Assembly (NCBI GenBank): GCA_046563655.1
Contig: CM102285.1
Location: 2,728,001 to 2,792,000, forward strand
DNA: 64,000 nucleotides
Reading direction: 5' to 3'
From: Yuukianura sp. NJ FZ-2021
Taxonomy: Eukaryota
Positions 1 to 15,181 of the stretch are shown here, piece after piece. The translations under genes and the position numbers were made by a program. The notes beneath the pieces were generated by a model. It was not told the origin of the DNA, did no database searches, and worked only from the letters and a program-made list of their open reading frames with translations. Every line of letters starts with the position of its first letter. Position 1 is the first letter of the stretch.

Positions 1-1065
1 TTTTAATATGAATCAAAAGTTACTATTTAGTAATTGTTGATTCATATTAAAATATTAATAAAATTAAAATACTGTAATATTTTTCACTTTAGGTGAAGAT
101 TTAGAAATTGCACCATTCTTTGTGTCTTGTGGAAATTCTTTGGTGTAGTTTACGTAATATCCGTGAGTTAAAAATTTTACGGGTTTGTTTTTGATAAAGT
201 GTGATGCCGAAATTGTTGAAAAGTTATCCCACTGAAGCGTCTGTTCTTGACCAAATTCTCGATTGAACCTAAAGTTTTCAATAAGTAATAATAAATTAAC
301 TTAACATTAGTTGGGTTGAGCAAATTATTATTAATTAACAATCCATCTAGTTTCTTCACTTACTTTGTGTACAGCAGAAAACGAAGCCCATTCACTCTAC
401 TTTCACATAAGTCGAATTTAGAGGTTGCGCAGAAAAGAATGAAAAATTTAAATTTTATCCAGAATTTCATTGTTCGGGAATTTTTCACTTGTTTTCTGTA
501 CAAAGGTACTTTGACCGTGACTTAAATCTTACTTATTATAGTTCAGCGATTGCGATTAGTCTTACTGTTTGAAAAGTGAAACACTCACTGCAGGTTAAAA
601 TTTTTTAGTTATCGTGTTTATACAATTCCCACTGGAAAAAATATGTTGAGCAATACAACATATTACGTCGTGCGAAAATGAAATTCCAAGTCTGATAATT
701 CCCAAATTGTAATTTGTCCTACTTTGATGATTGTCATGGACATATTCATTAGAACTTGCACCAATTTCAAGTTGAGTTGTGCCAGTTCGTGACATTTGGA
801 TGAATTAAAATTACTATTGTGATTGTGATGACACTCATGGCAATAGGAACAATAACAAGTAACTCATTGTTTTTTTTTCTTTTTCTTTTTTTATAGAGAA
901 AGCAGGTTAGGTTCTGTACGAAAGCGTAATAGGGCCACAAAAACTTAGGAGACATCAATCAGTGATTCACTGTTGGTTTAGCTGACGTACTAAATTGAGA
1001 AAACTTTCCAGTGACCAATCGCAGAAAACCTTAATATAATGCAGCTATCCATCGAAACACTATTT

Positions 1066-1308
1066 CCGGAGAGTCTATGCCATAATCTAAGCATCCAAAA
1101 ATCTAGATAGACCAAAATCTGAGCATGCTAAATTCGGTAATTACTATTAAAACTATGCGAACAGAATCTAACATAACGTTAACTCACGCCTAATTCAACT
1201 CGTCTATAACTAACAAAACCTAATCCAAATCAACTGTATCATATTCCTAGATTTCGGTGTGTTTAGATTTTTGTTGCTTAGATTATAGCGTGCTTCGCTA
1301 CCTTCCGG
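1066..1308. mobile_element. Small foldback/MITE-like element
   Basis: Left arm GCCATAATCTAAGCATCCAAAAATCTAGATAGACCAAAATCT (~1079-1120) is an imperfect inverted match to ~1248-1289. CCGG lies at both outer ends and the centre is TAAC/AACCT-rich. Confidence 0.45.
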
Positions 1309-1842
1309 CTTTTTTATCAGCGCAAGAATCCAAAATCTACAAACATTTAAAAGCTTTGACGTCCTTCCTCCCTGGTGTATTTTCAAGCTGTCAATTAGTT
1401 CGTTATAAAAGTTGGAAGCGAATTGGTTTATTGGTTTCAGCGAATGTCTTGTTTTGCTACCCCATATTTCAAATCACCATAGTTCAATTATATCGTTCGA
1501 AAATGCTGGAAGTCAGTGCTGGACGACCATGGGGTGTAATCAAAATGCGAGCAACATGTACCAAGTCAAATTGGGCGGGAAGTTTCGAATATCTGAGAAA
1601 GTTTACGTAGTCATTAAACAGTGTAGTCTGTGCTGGTTTAGATCAAGGTTGACTTTAATTACGAAAGAGGAATTCGATTTTAGATTTTAACCACGGTGGC
1701 TGAGTAGATTGGCTTTAAGCTTTCAGGACTTCTGGATTTAAAAATTACAAGTTCAATACTTCAGTTACGCATTACAGAAAACTTCGCATAGGAAGTAACA
1801 CTAGGGTAGAGGGTACTCTAATTCAAAACTTAAAGTTTGAAA

Positions 1843-3149
1843 ATGTTTAGCCAGAGACAGTACGATTGTTTCACGAAAATTCTTTTGCTTCTTTCACAAT
1901 GGACATACATTTGTCCATTTGAATTCAATCCAGAAACGGAAATGTTTGAACTTCGTCACAATACTGCCAGAACTTTCTTCGGTTACGTTGCCATATTTGC
2001 TCAAATGGCAAACGCAATCTTCTTTGCCTATCTCGCAAGCAAGCAATTTGTAGCGTCGCAGCAAAACGACGCCGTCGTTAGCTGTTTAATGCTTTTAGTG
2101 ACGTTGGCAGCATTAGTGGATGCTATGGCAGGAGAAGTCTGTGCAGCAGAAATCACCGCACTGGCAAACCAGGTTGTCCATATCAACAAGAAACTTGGTA
2201 AAGAAATTTAAAATTTCTACAAAAATTTGAAAAACGAAGATTTGAACAAAAATATGTCCGCTGGATTAGTTATACATTTGAAATATTTTTGTGACGAAGG
2301 GCAAGAGTTATGTGGAATAACATATGTTGAACGACGTTTTGGTGACGTTTTGTACTACGCTGTGACTTTGTCAACGGTCACAGGCGGACCAATCGCACTC
2401 AGCTTTCTGCTGTCCCAAACCTTGACTATGTTCAATTCTCCTTGCATTTCAACTCTTTACCATACGCTTGCAGTGCTATCCCTCGCTTACGCAGCAGTTC
2501 ACTTGGTTACGGAAAGCGTTCTGTTCATTCCATCAATCCAGACGCTCATATTTTGGCTCCAAAAAATTAAGTTAAAACAAATATAGTAATATTAACTTTA
2601 ACTTAAGTGTTAAAACTGTTGTAATTATTTCTGATTGTTTTTAGTCAAAACTGGTCACAAATTGTCAAATTTCGGGAAGATGTGAGCTTTGCAGAGAAAA
2701 TTTCGTTGGTCCAAGTGTACCGGACGATCCAGCTAATGAACGATCTCCACAACAGAGCTTTCGGGTCGATTTGGATTCCCGGGCAAAAATTTGTTTTACT
2801 AACTGCGTTTGGCATGTCAATCTACAGTATCCTTTTCCTCCGTTCTACACTCACTGTACCAGTACTCGTAGTTTGTTTCATGGGAATATTCTTCTCATTG
2901 GCTGGAGCAATTCCATCTGCAGTGGCAATGTCGCAAGTATACAACATTTCATATGAATTGAAACTACGCGGAGCTCAACTGCTGGCGGATGTGCCTTTAA
3001 GTGAAAGAAAACTGATGGCGACAATGTTAAGGTCAATGCCACACTTAAAAGCAAGCGTCGGAAATTTTTACTATATGGAGGGCAAAGCAAAGTTGACGAT
3101 GGTCGACAACATGCTCAATGGCGTCGCTTTTATGTTAATTTCATTTTAA
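1843..3149 (+). CDS. Multi-pass membrane protein, putative GR/OR-superfamily chemoreceptor-like (subfamily I), ~386 aa, 3 exons
   Basis: Exons 1843-2197, 2270-2570 and 2645-3149 join in frame via GT-AG introns (phases 1, 2). Multiple hydrophobic segments; C-terminal RSMPHLKASVGNFYYMEGKAKLTMVDNMLNGVAFMLISF resembles the TM7 region of arthropod chemoreceptors. Confidence 0.7.
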
Positions 3150-3177
3150 ATTATAGGAATTGTATCGTAGCAGGTGA

Positions 3178-3286
3178 AATGATCAAAACAATTCGGTCAA
3201 AACGTGAAAATGTCAACCGCTAAAACATTAGGTTAGGTTTCCGTATGTTTGATCTTCACCTTTTGACCAAATTGTTTTTGACCATT
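3178..3286. mobile_element. Small foldback/MITE-like element with TTAGG-type core
   Basis: AATGATCAAAACAATTCGGTCAAAACGTGAA pairs with TTCACCTTTTGACCAAATTGTTTTTGACCATT; central TTAGGTTAGGTT. Confidence 0.55.
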
Positions 3287-3614
3287 ATGCATGGAATCAA
3301 TCGCACTGTCAAAGGAGTTTATGAATGCCACTTAGCAGCACCAGTAATACAAAAACGACTCCTCAACACTTTCTCCTCAAAAAGTCACGTTTTTGGTGTC
3401 AACTGAATAGTTGGAAATAAGAAATGAAGTACTTTCGACCATAACAAAATGCAATTGATGGTGATTTTATTTTTAGCGTGTAAAAGCAATAGACAAATTA
3501 GTAGACAAAAAGGAATGAGGAAAAGGAGGGAAAAATCAAAATGTAGTTGAGTAGAGACTCAAATTAGCAGCAGCATTGCGTGTTGGAATCTACGCAGGTC
3601 ATAGGTCAAGTGGT

Positions 3615-6191
<2,577 letters not shown>

Positions 6192-8039
6192 GGTTGCTAA
6201 GGTTGGTTTTTTGAGTCGTTGGTGATTGAAGATTGAGGTAGGTGCCGAAGGAGATTTGACGAGTCAAGTAACGATGACCTCAAAGATCCTTGTTGGAGAG
6301 AACAAAGCGGAATGAATGCCGGGAATCGAAGTCAAGAGTTTATGAGATGAAAGCAAGCAGGCGAAGCGAACAAGGGGAAGGAGGTAGACGAGCCAACTCC
6401 CAAAAACCCCCGATGCGTTCAAAAAGAACTTCATGTAAAGCCTAGTTTACACTTTAAAATTCCGGCACCTTAACCGCGTATAAAACAAAGTCAAAAGATA
6501 AAAATGTTAAAATTCTAATCACAATGTTGAAATTTGGAATTATGGTTGTTAATCAAACAAAATTTTCCTATTAAATTTTTGCACTGTGAATCTCGTTTAA
6601 TAGCAGAAGGCGGAACCCATCTTTTGGTTGAAATTTGCAATTCCACTTGATAATCAGACAGATTTTCCTATTAGTATGTTATTTTTGCGACCAAATCAAA
6701 ATAAAGTTTGGATTGGAAAAAAATGCTACCTTAGGGTTTTAATTAATAACTAATCGTAAGTACGGTACCTGTAATAAGTAATAATTTATTGACTAATTAA
6801 CTGTGTTACGATTTTCTTTTTTGTAATCTTATTTCCGTTCAATTTCACAGGAATCGCTCATGTAATGAAGAGAAAATCAACTGATTTTGTTTTTTTATCA
6901 GTTAATTTTACAAGCTATGTTGTGGGTGTTTTTTTTTTGCGATCAATGTTTAACTTTCTAGTAAAAAATTGTTGCCACCTAAGACCTTTTCAGCTAAGCT
7001 GCAAACAACAAATCTCTACTTCACAGAAAATAAAGTTAGACAGAATCAATAGCTGGGTTGGTTCACATTTACTATGAATGATAGATCGAAATTGAGCTCC
7101 ATTTCGTCAATTAATTTTGGACGAATGACCCTCGCGTGCGCCAATTCTTGATAGTGTAGAACTGGCTAAACGCCAAAGAACTGCAAGCCGGCATCCAACC
7201 CAAGAACAACGCCAAGCCCAAGCTTCTAAACGGTCGACTTCACAGTTCATGGTTGACTCAACTTGACAACTCATGGGGAAGGAAATGGACGAGTCCATTA
7301 TGTCAACCAATCAAATCACACCACACCCGATCTCTCCCTGGTAACCCACACACACAACACGGAGCCGAACAAGTATTGTTGCGCAGACTGGGCGCGGCGT
7401 GAATCTAATTGCACGCGATTTCCGGGCGAGACGGCAATTGAAAACACCCGACATTTACTAGATGTAAATGTCACAGCCGTTCGTTCGAACTCAAGTTACG
7501 AGTACGACGATTTAAAAATAGCTTCAGTAACAAGTTAATTACCTAGTTACTGTGACTTCCCTCATTTAACTGACTCAATAAGGTTTCAATGGACAGCGTT
7601 GGCCCTGGCATTTTGTATTCTGAATTCTGAAATGTAGACCGAGAAATGAGGGCAAAGTTTACCCAATTCTTTTTCGTTTAATTTCATTTTCACTGTTCAC
7701 CATGCCAAAAAGCAAGCCCTTAAAATATTGGACGGAATGGATGTGTTTTGAGATCACCCATGACAATGGACAGAATATAAATTAGCTACTACAATAATTT
7801 AACTGGACAGCGTTCTTAAAGCATTTGAGATATGATGGTCCATATGGTTAGTCGATGCACCTAAACTTAAATCTTAAACCCCGCGAAAGTTAAAAAAAAA
7901 CAAAGCTTTGAGGAATTCCTTAAAAGGTTGCAATGGTCAGATCTTCTGCTGAATTGCTTGCGTGGGTTGGTAGCGTGCCGTGTATTCAGCCACATTTGCT
8001 TTCTGTTCTGCAATTTTGGTCATATGTCCTTCCTAGTCC

Positions 8040-11000
8040 TTAGGGTTTGTGCGTTGGTGGATCTTTTGACCTCCTTGTGCTAGTGATGAGCACAAGGAAG
8101 GATATGAGGTCACCCATTAGAATAAATCCAATGCAAACCAACAGTGGAAGAAACACTGGCTTCACAGGAAGATCAAAGTGACTATATCAAAAAGTACCGA
8201 AAATTAAAATATCTTTGATTTCAATCACAATAAAATAATTATTCAAGGAAAGCTAGCTTAGCTATTTACCTCAGAACACTTTCTCCCCGGCCTAAGCCAC
8301 AATTTAGCTCCCGCTGTATAATCCAAAAAAGCCTTCATACATGTTAAAGTTCAAAATTATGAAAACTTGATTTGATGTGAAAAAGCAATTAGTTTACCAT
8401 TAGCAGATTTCCCCTGAACTGCGCAATAGGGTTGGAACAAACTTCGAACGTCGTATTCTTAAATTCAATTCTGGCAATAGGCGGCAGTATCCACGCCACA
8501 GGGGAGAAATTCTGTGTCCAGGATACCCAATCGCCCAAATCCTTCCGATGGACCAAATATCCGCCACTTAAACTCAGCACAAGAAGAATGATCCCACCAA
8601 GAGTAATTCCCCAAGTAGTTCTTGCACAAACAAGGTCAATGGCCCTTAGCCCAGTTAGCAGTGCATAGAGACACAGTGTCGAATACAGGCAAGAGAGGAA
8701 CATCCCATTGGTGTCTCGCACTCCACTTATTGCCATGCCGGGAAGAATGAATATTCCGAGAAAGCAGACGACAAGTATGAAGTCTCCAATTCTCTGAAAC
8801 GAAAAGAATAGCATCACCCATTTTTAGGCTTTGTACTGTGTAATATTGACATTACTTGGGCAAGGAAATGAGCCGCTCTGGAATAAAGCCCTTCTTCGAT
8901 ATCTCCTTCTACTGCTGCTGCTTCACTTCGTTCCTTAGCTAGAAGAAGTAGGAAGAGAGTTACTGGAAGGAATGTAAGAAGGGCCCAATGCAGTCCCATT
9001 CTGTCATAAGCTGAGTTGACATGTCCAGAGCCCCCGAGTCGAATGTCCCAGTAAATGATGCCAACGGATGTGGAAATACCGGCAGCCACGAGCAGAAGCA
9101 AAAACCAATCAAGAAGTCGTGAGCCCAATCCGAATATCCCCAGACATCTAAACATCACATGAACAAAAACTGAATTAGTAAACGAAATCTCCGCGAGTTA
9201 AAACTCAAATCATCTTTCGAATTCCATGTGCTTGAAAGTTAAAGATTACCTCCAGATCAGAAGGACTTCTCCGAGAATAGCCCCCGTTGGACGTCTCAAT
9301 GGATCCGGAAGCGTACGTGGAGGGCCGACTTCCACAGAAGGCAGTTCTTGCCGTCGAGCCCATGCTTCTGCCAAGCCATGAATCCGTATGCTTGACTCCT
9401 GGAGAGCTTCATTGGAGAGGTCATCTTTTGTGACGAGGTCAATGTAATAGTCGGATGGATTCTTGAATGGTGGACACGGATAGTCAATGAAAGCGAAGTA
9501 AGGCAAGAGCTCCGTTCGATGACCGTAGAACAGCGTCCTTCCACCGGATAGAAGTAGAACCTTAGTAAATGTAGAAAACACTTCGAACGTAGGCGGATGT
9601 ATTGTCACTATTGCAATGCCGCTGGTCGATTGCGATCTCACTCCACCGCCTCCACGAGTCCACTCTTCCACCAGACTCATCTAATTCGTGCGACATAAAA
9701 TTGGTATTACAGTTTAATGAAATTCTCGGCTTCATCCTACCATTGCAGGTACTACGTTTCAAAATTGTTTACCAGGAAGAAAGTATCGAAGATATCCAGG
9801 CCTGTGGTTGGTGAGTCCAGCAGAAGAATGTCTGTCCGCAGGATAATTTGGCAGCCGAGAGCGACGCGCTGCTTTTCACCGCTGGTTAGGCTGGACAAAC
9901 GGCTCTTGCCAAGTCCAGTTAACCCCAGAAAATCCAACAGAGCCTCCACCTGTAGCGAATAAAGAAATAGATCTATGTTTAACAGGATTGTTGAGAATCA
10001 TCGACTAAGACGATAACAAGAACATCGTATTAGGTTTTACATCTCCACTAGGTTTCTTAAAAGCAGAATAGAACGATAAGGTTTCAATAGCGGTCAGTTC
10101 CGGATGAAGTTGGACCCCTTTCCGAACAAATCCGAGTCGTCGACCTAGTCGTTGCCCGCTAAGCACGTGCCCATTGAGCACTAATTCTCCTCCAGCCAGT
10201 TGCCGTTTTCCTGCTAAAGCTTCCAATAGTGCCGTGCCTTCATGTGCTGCAAAAGAATTTGAATTTTTATACAAATCAACTTAATACTTTTCTCAAATTC
10301 AAAAAGTGGTAATTTTATAGGAGGATAATAAGGTAAAGACAAACCATCAGTAGCCATCAGGGCCATCATTTCTCCACGACGAAGTTCAAAAGAAACCTGA
10401 TCCACCAGAAGACGCTCTCCTTTTCCATCACTAACGGATAGTCCACCAACCTGTAATCAGTGTTAGAAGTTAGACGTGACTTCTTAGACCTAAACGTAAA
10501 TGTCGAGCTTATAACAAGTATGAAAACTAAGTTTTTTTTAATGTTCTTACTTGAAGATGAGGGAGACCTTGACCTTGGTTTTGAACTTCCCCCATTTTCG
10601 GGTACGTTGGGTTTGAAAAATATTGTCCCTGGTTCCTTGAAGCGAAACCTTTTTCGTATGAAGTTGCACCCTAGAATGTCAAGCCCAAACCAAAACGAAC
10701 TTATGTTCAAATGAAATGATAATATTTTTAAATGTTGCTGAAAAAGAAACATAAAGTTTCAATTTAACACTACCCAGACACTTGCCTTTTTCGACGCAGC
10801 GAGTAAGTTCCCCTCGCTAATTGCTTGCCTCATCCCTTGACCCTGGGGTTGGTTTGTTTTTCTTCTAAACCTATTCATTACTACCCCGTCTGCCCGAATG
10901 TCTATTGCCGAAGAGGCCCTTTGCCCTGGCAGTTGTCCAGGATGTTTCGCTCTCCGTACATCATTCTCTTCATCCCCACTGGAGTCTACGGATCCATCCT

Positions 11001-11398
11001 TGGCTGATGCTGAAGGCGGAATGACCCGCGGAAGCCCGAACTTCAGATACGAAAAGGCACTTGATGCCAACTCGGACCTAAAAAAAATACAACCATTATA
11101 TAGGAACAGTACCTTGCGTGCCACTTTATAATTTACTTTCTATAAATTCCTACCTAGGACCCAAACGTGGATTTGACATGATCGAGTTGACAGTTTCTTC
11201 TTTAAGCGTGAAGTCTCCATAGGGCAAAGGGGACCGTTCTTCAGCTCCGAGTGCTGAATCTGTGAAGTCCGAATTTAGATTTTGCCTGAATATTGACCAT
11301 GCGTGAAGGTCCGACGTTGATGGATCGAGAAGCCGCCTTCCAGAAGCGTAACGACGATCTCCAACTGGAGCTCTGTCCAATTCCCACATCTCGCACAT
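8040..11398 (-). CDS. ABCG-family half transporter (ABCG5/ABCG8-like, NBD then TMD) with degenerate NBD motifs; multi-exon
   Basis: ORF pieces in order: N-terminal DLHAWSIFRQNLNSDFTDSALG, LLVDQVSFELRRGEMMAL, LTSGEKQRVALG, ILLLDSPTTGLD, VTIHPP, CPPFKNPSDYYIDL, then an ABC2-type TMD. The last exon ends ...PPTHKP at TAA 8042-8040. Some internal exon borders are uncertain. Confidence 0.88.
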
Positions 11399-12159
11399 CG
11401 GTTCAACAACGACGGAGAAACGTTACAGCTATACTTACCGTAAATCTCTATCTGTCGACCAAATTGAAAACACTACCTAGTTAATAATTACATAAAACTA
11501 AATAAGAAACCTAAATTCAACTATACTTTCATAAATGCTTGTTTACCAAACAGACCTAACGGTACATGATGATGACAAATGACAGGTAACAGGTGGGTTC
11601 ATTCCCATCAAGAGTGTGACTAATCCTCTGTGTTGTCAGACAAGTTGGGTTGAAGTGATAATACCCGCATGGGGACTTGGGTACACACACGCCAACGCCG
11701 CGATAAACCGCGTGCGAATCCAACCGTACATGCTACGTTTTTAATTCAAAATATTCAAATGAGGCTACATAGACCGTTCAACTCGTTCCAGCAGGAGATC
11801 CAACGATTCATCAGAAATCATTCGGAGAAATTTTGGAATATGCATAGTTTGTTTCTAAACTAATTTACAAAATAGAGTAACCCTAACCTAACCTCGTGAA
11901 TGCTTAATTAACGTAATACGTAGTTTATGTTAAAAAGAAGTACTCATTCTTTGCAATTTACCTACATGGTTCTTCAGTTTTTATAAAAGCACCGAACCTA
12001 TCACGTTTTTGCGACAAGGACATTGAAAAACCTTCATTTGAAACCCATTTCAAATGAAATCGTTAAATTAAATCTGGAAGGTCATTTGCAAAACAATCCT
12101 ATTTGTAATAGGATTCAGCAGTTTGTAGAGGAACGCAACTAGTGCTAAAGCAAAGGAAA

Positions 12160-12867
12160 ATGCGTTACGACTACGGAAATAATACTAAAGCTCGAAAGTC
12201 AAATGGAGCAAGTTTTGGACGTCAATCAAGTCGAAATTTCTTGAGAAAATTCCAGGCTAATCCATTACAACATGTTCGGTAAGTAACTTTGTTTATTTTA
12301 AATATTTTAAACTGCTCTTTATTCTTATATGTTTTTTAAGTTTAATTGGTTTTCAGAAAGTTTTTGTTTCCAAGTATACTGTATGTTGTTACCATTGGCG
12401 CCCTTGTGGTTGAAATAATTCTACTTACGAGGGATATCGTTGAACCGTCATTAGAAGACTACGAAGTAGCGGAAAACGTTGACTACGGCGAGGCTCTTAC
12501 AGTAGAAGACGAAGTTCGGCAAATTTTCAATCTGATTGACAGCATTCAAGACGGACTACTAACACTCACAGAATTTGAAGCCTACGCACTATTTAGATTT
12601 CGTGGTCACACGCCAAATAGTGAACTGGATGAATTTGGTATCGGACGCCCATCGCAGAACGGAGTGGAGAATTCAATAATCGACGACAATTTCCTGAATG
12701 GCCTTGACTTGAACGGGGACAATGTTCTAAACGATGACGAACTTACAGCAGACAACGTAAATGCACTGTTCCATAAAGCCAAAGCAGTGATGGAAACATT
12801 TGATAAAGACAAGAATCAGTTGGTAACATGGAGCGAATTCTCAGTTTATCTTAAATCAATTCAGTAG
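12160..12867 (+). CDS. Single-pass membrane protein with EF-hand Ca2+-binding loops, ~209 aa, 2 exons
   Basis: Exon 12160-12278 (MRYDYGNN...) splices in phase 2 to 12357-12867. Hydrophobic segment FLFPSILYVVTIGALVVEIILL; EF-hand-like loops DSIQDGLLTLTE, DLNGDNVLNDDE and DKDKNQLVTWSE. Confidence 0.72.
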
Positions 12868-12959
12868 TTTTAAAAATTATTACCACTGGAAAAGTTTAGA
12901 TGTGAATTTATTTCAAAACATAAATTTTGCATATAATGCGTGCAAACTTCGTTCTGTTC

Positions 12960-13085
12960 CTTAATGCTGAAAATTTTGAACAACACTGTAAATGAGTGAA
13001 CTCGGAGTCAAAGAAATCCCATAGCAACTCAGTTTTGAAAAAACAATTTTCAACGACCGTACCTATAAGTATTCTATTTACCTTG
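12960..13085. mobile_element. Short CAAGG-ended element with 9-bp TSD
   Basis: Near-identical in reverse complement to 32129-32251; flanked by GTTCTGTTC (12951-12959, 13086-13094). Confidence 0.7.
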
Positions 13086-13144
13086 GTTCTGTTCAACATT
13101 TTTTTTGAATTCCGTGAGATGTTGCAAAATTTTGTAAGTCTACT

Positions 13145-14500
13145 TCACCACTGCGCGTACACGAGTACATTAACAATGCAGTTTGTCAGTACTGAATAGT
13201 AGCAAATGAGAGAATCCTTGTTCAGTTTCATGTAGGGTCCAATTTCCATTTTCAGCGGCTGACAAGCAATGGAGTCCCTTATAGCCGAAATAGACGTCGT
13301 GTAGCGCAAGCGTGATTTGAATTCCAGTGCGCGTCTACTAATGTCACCACCGCTCTTGAGCCAGACATGTACAAAAGCACAAATTATAATGTTTCCAAAT
13401 GCCATAAGCGTAACTATTTGCGTAGGAAAATATCTGTGTAGAATGACAGTGCAGTTCAACATTGTATGATCAAGAATGAGAAAAAAGAAGGCGTATGGTA
13501 GCATTGTCCCGTATGCTGCTTGATAGTTCGTATCCAAAATTTGCAGTTCTTTGTACGCAATGATGCTTTCACGCGACTCCCAACTCCAAGCTTCCCCTCG
13601 GACCTGATTTGGTTCAAACTTGCCCCTACGAAACATTCAAAACAATTTCGGAATTACTTTAGTTAGTAAGTAATTAAGACTATATAGGTAGTTTCGGATG
13701 TAATAAAACAAATTTATGTACAATGTATGTATAAAACCTGAAAACTCTGAGCCAGTGTTTGACTGTATGACAATGCATGACCAGGAACGATGCAAAAACA
13801 CCGATGGCATACATGCCACTCACAGTGACATGCCATTCTACAAGAAAATATGCAAAAAGAACAGGCGGAAATTTGTAAACAGACGTCGGCAGAACTTGTG
13901 AAGGCCAAAATTGTGGACTCATTGGATCGAACAAGACGTTCATCGCTGGTGAGAAAGGGAATACCATCACAAAGTAATGGAATATTGCAGAAATAGTGTT
14001 AGCGTCAATATGGTAGCGAGGCCTCTTTGTCTGCATGTCGTCACTACGATGATAAAGTGCTAAAAGCAATAAAAATATTTCTGAATTTTGCTTTTATCAT
14101 AAATTAAGTTATGAGAATGTTTAGACAATTTAGACAAGATATTACTTGTAAATCGTTGATGAAGTGTGAGCAGTTTTTTATAGTAGATGACGAGTTCCCG
14201 TCTGTATATAACAGAGTGATATTGAAAAAGAAGTGAAAGTAGTCGGCAAAACAGCATGACACCAACTTTTGCTACGACCATCACTGTGCTGCTAGGATTC
14301 ATCAGCAGAGTGTACAGCAGGACAATTTGGTAGCAAGTATCAACAGTGTAGTAGAACAGAGCCAAGAAGTAAAGGAAATAGTAACGTCGTTTGGTCTTGT
14401 GATCCATTTTTTCCGGTTTCCATATTGACGCAGAAATTTTGACTTTGGTAGCGTAATCATTTGTTCTTTCAAAATGCTGAAATGCCTTTTCGGTCAACAT
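13145..14500 (-). CDS. Chemoreceptor-like multi-pass membrane protein, subfamily II copy A, ~385 aa
   Basis: Exons 14500-14146, 14059-13738 and 13625-13145 are in frame. Starts MLTEKAFQHF; ends ACQPLKMEIGPYMKLNKDSLICYYSVLTNCIVNVLVYAQW. Confidence 0.75.
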
Positions 14501-15181
14501 TTTTGAAACTTTGGAAATTCGGTCAGCACTTTTCAAACGATAGCCAGTTTTTGTGTGTGTAGTACTTGCGTGGAGTTAACCTTGACACAAAGTGTTTAGC
14601 TTTCGAGTCGTAATAGGATATGTGAGCTTTTCAATTTCATTTGGGTATAAACAATGAAAAGGAGGAGAAGTTATAAAATAATTAAAATAAGTTTTGTTTT
14701 CGAAACCCTGAAAGGGATGATTGTATTTTGGAAAATGGGTTTTTGGGTTAAACGATAAATATATTAGCATTCTTGTAGCACTCAATTGTTCAAGGTTAGT
14801 CGCTGAGACAATTTGGAACCTTTTTCCATGACTAATCGTTATTTGGTAATTAATTTTGAAAAACATTATAACCTGGAGAAAACATTTCTACTCTAGCGAA
14901 CTTGTGTGATATTGACACAAATCTGAAAAAAACGTGTACAAATTTTAATTCCTCTGGACTTTTTAAAGCCTAAATTTTATGCTAAGTTTAGGCTTTAGGC
15001 ATTTTAGTCATTTCATTAGCTTCTTACAAAAAGTACAACAACATGAGTTTGTCTAATACTTGTTTATTGCGTATATAGACGTGTTTGAACAATGCAATGT
15101 GTCAGAGTCATACAGCGAATTTGCAAATACTATATTTTGCTGTCTCACTAATTTTTTTTAACAAACGGAAAGAAAAGAAAT

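Noticed and set aside
1257-1690. Two overlapping + strand ORFs (117 and 92 aa)
   Set aside because: No recognisable motif or splice structure; partly overlaps a foldback repeat.
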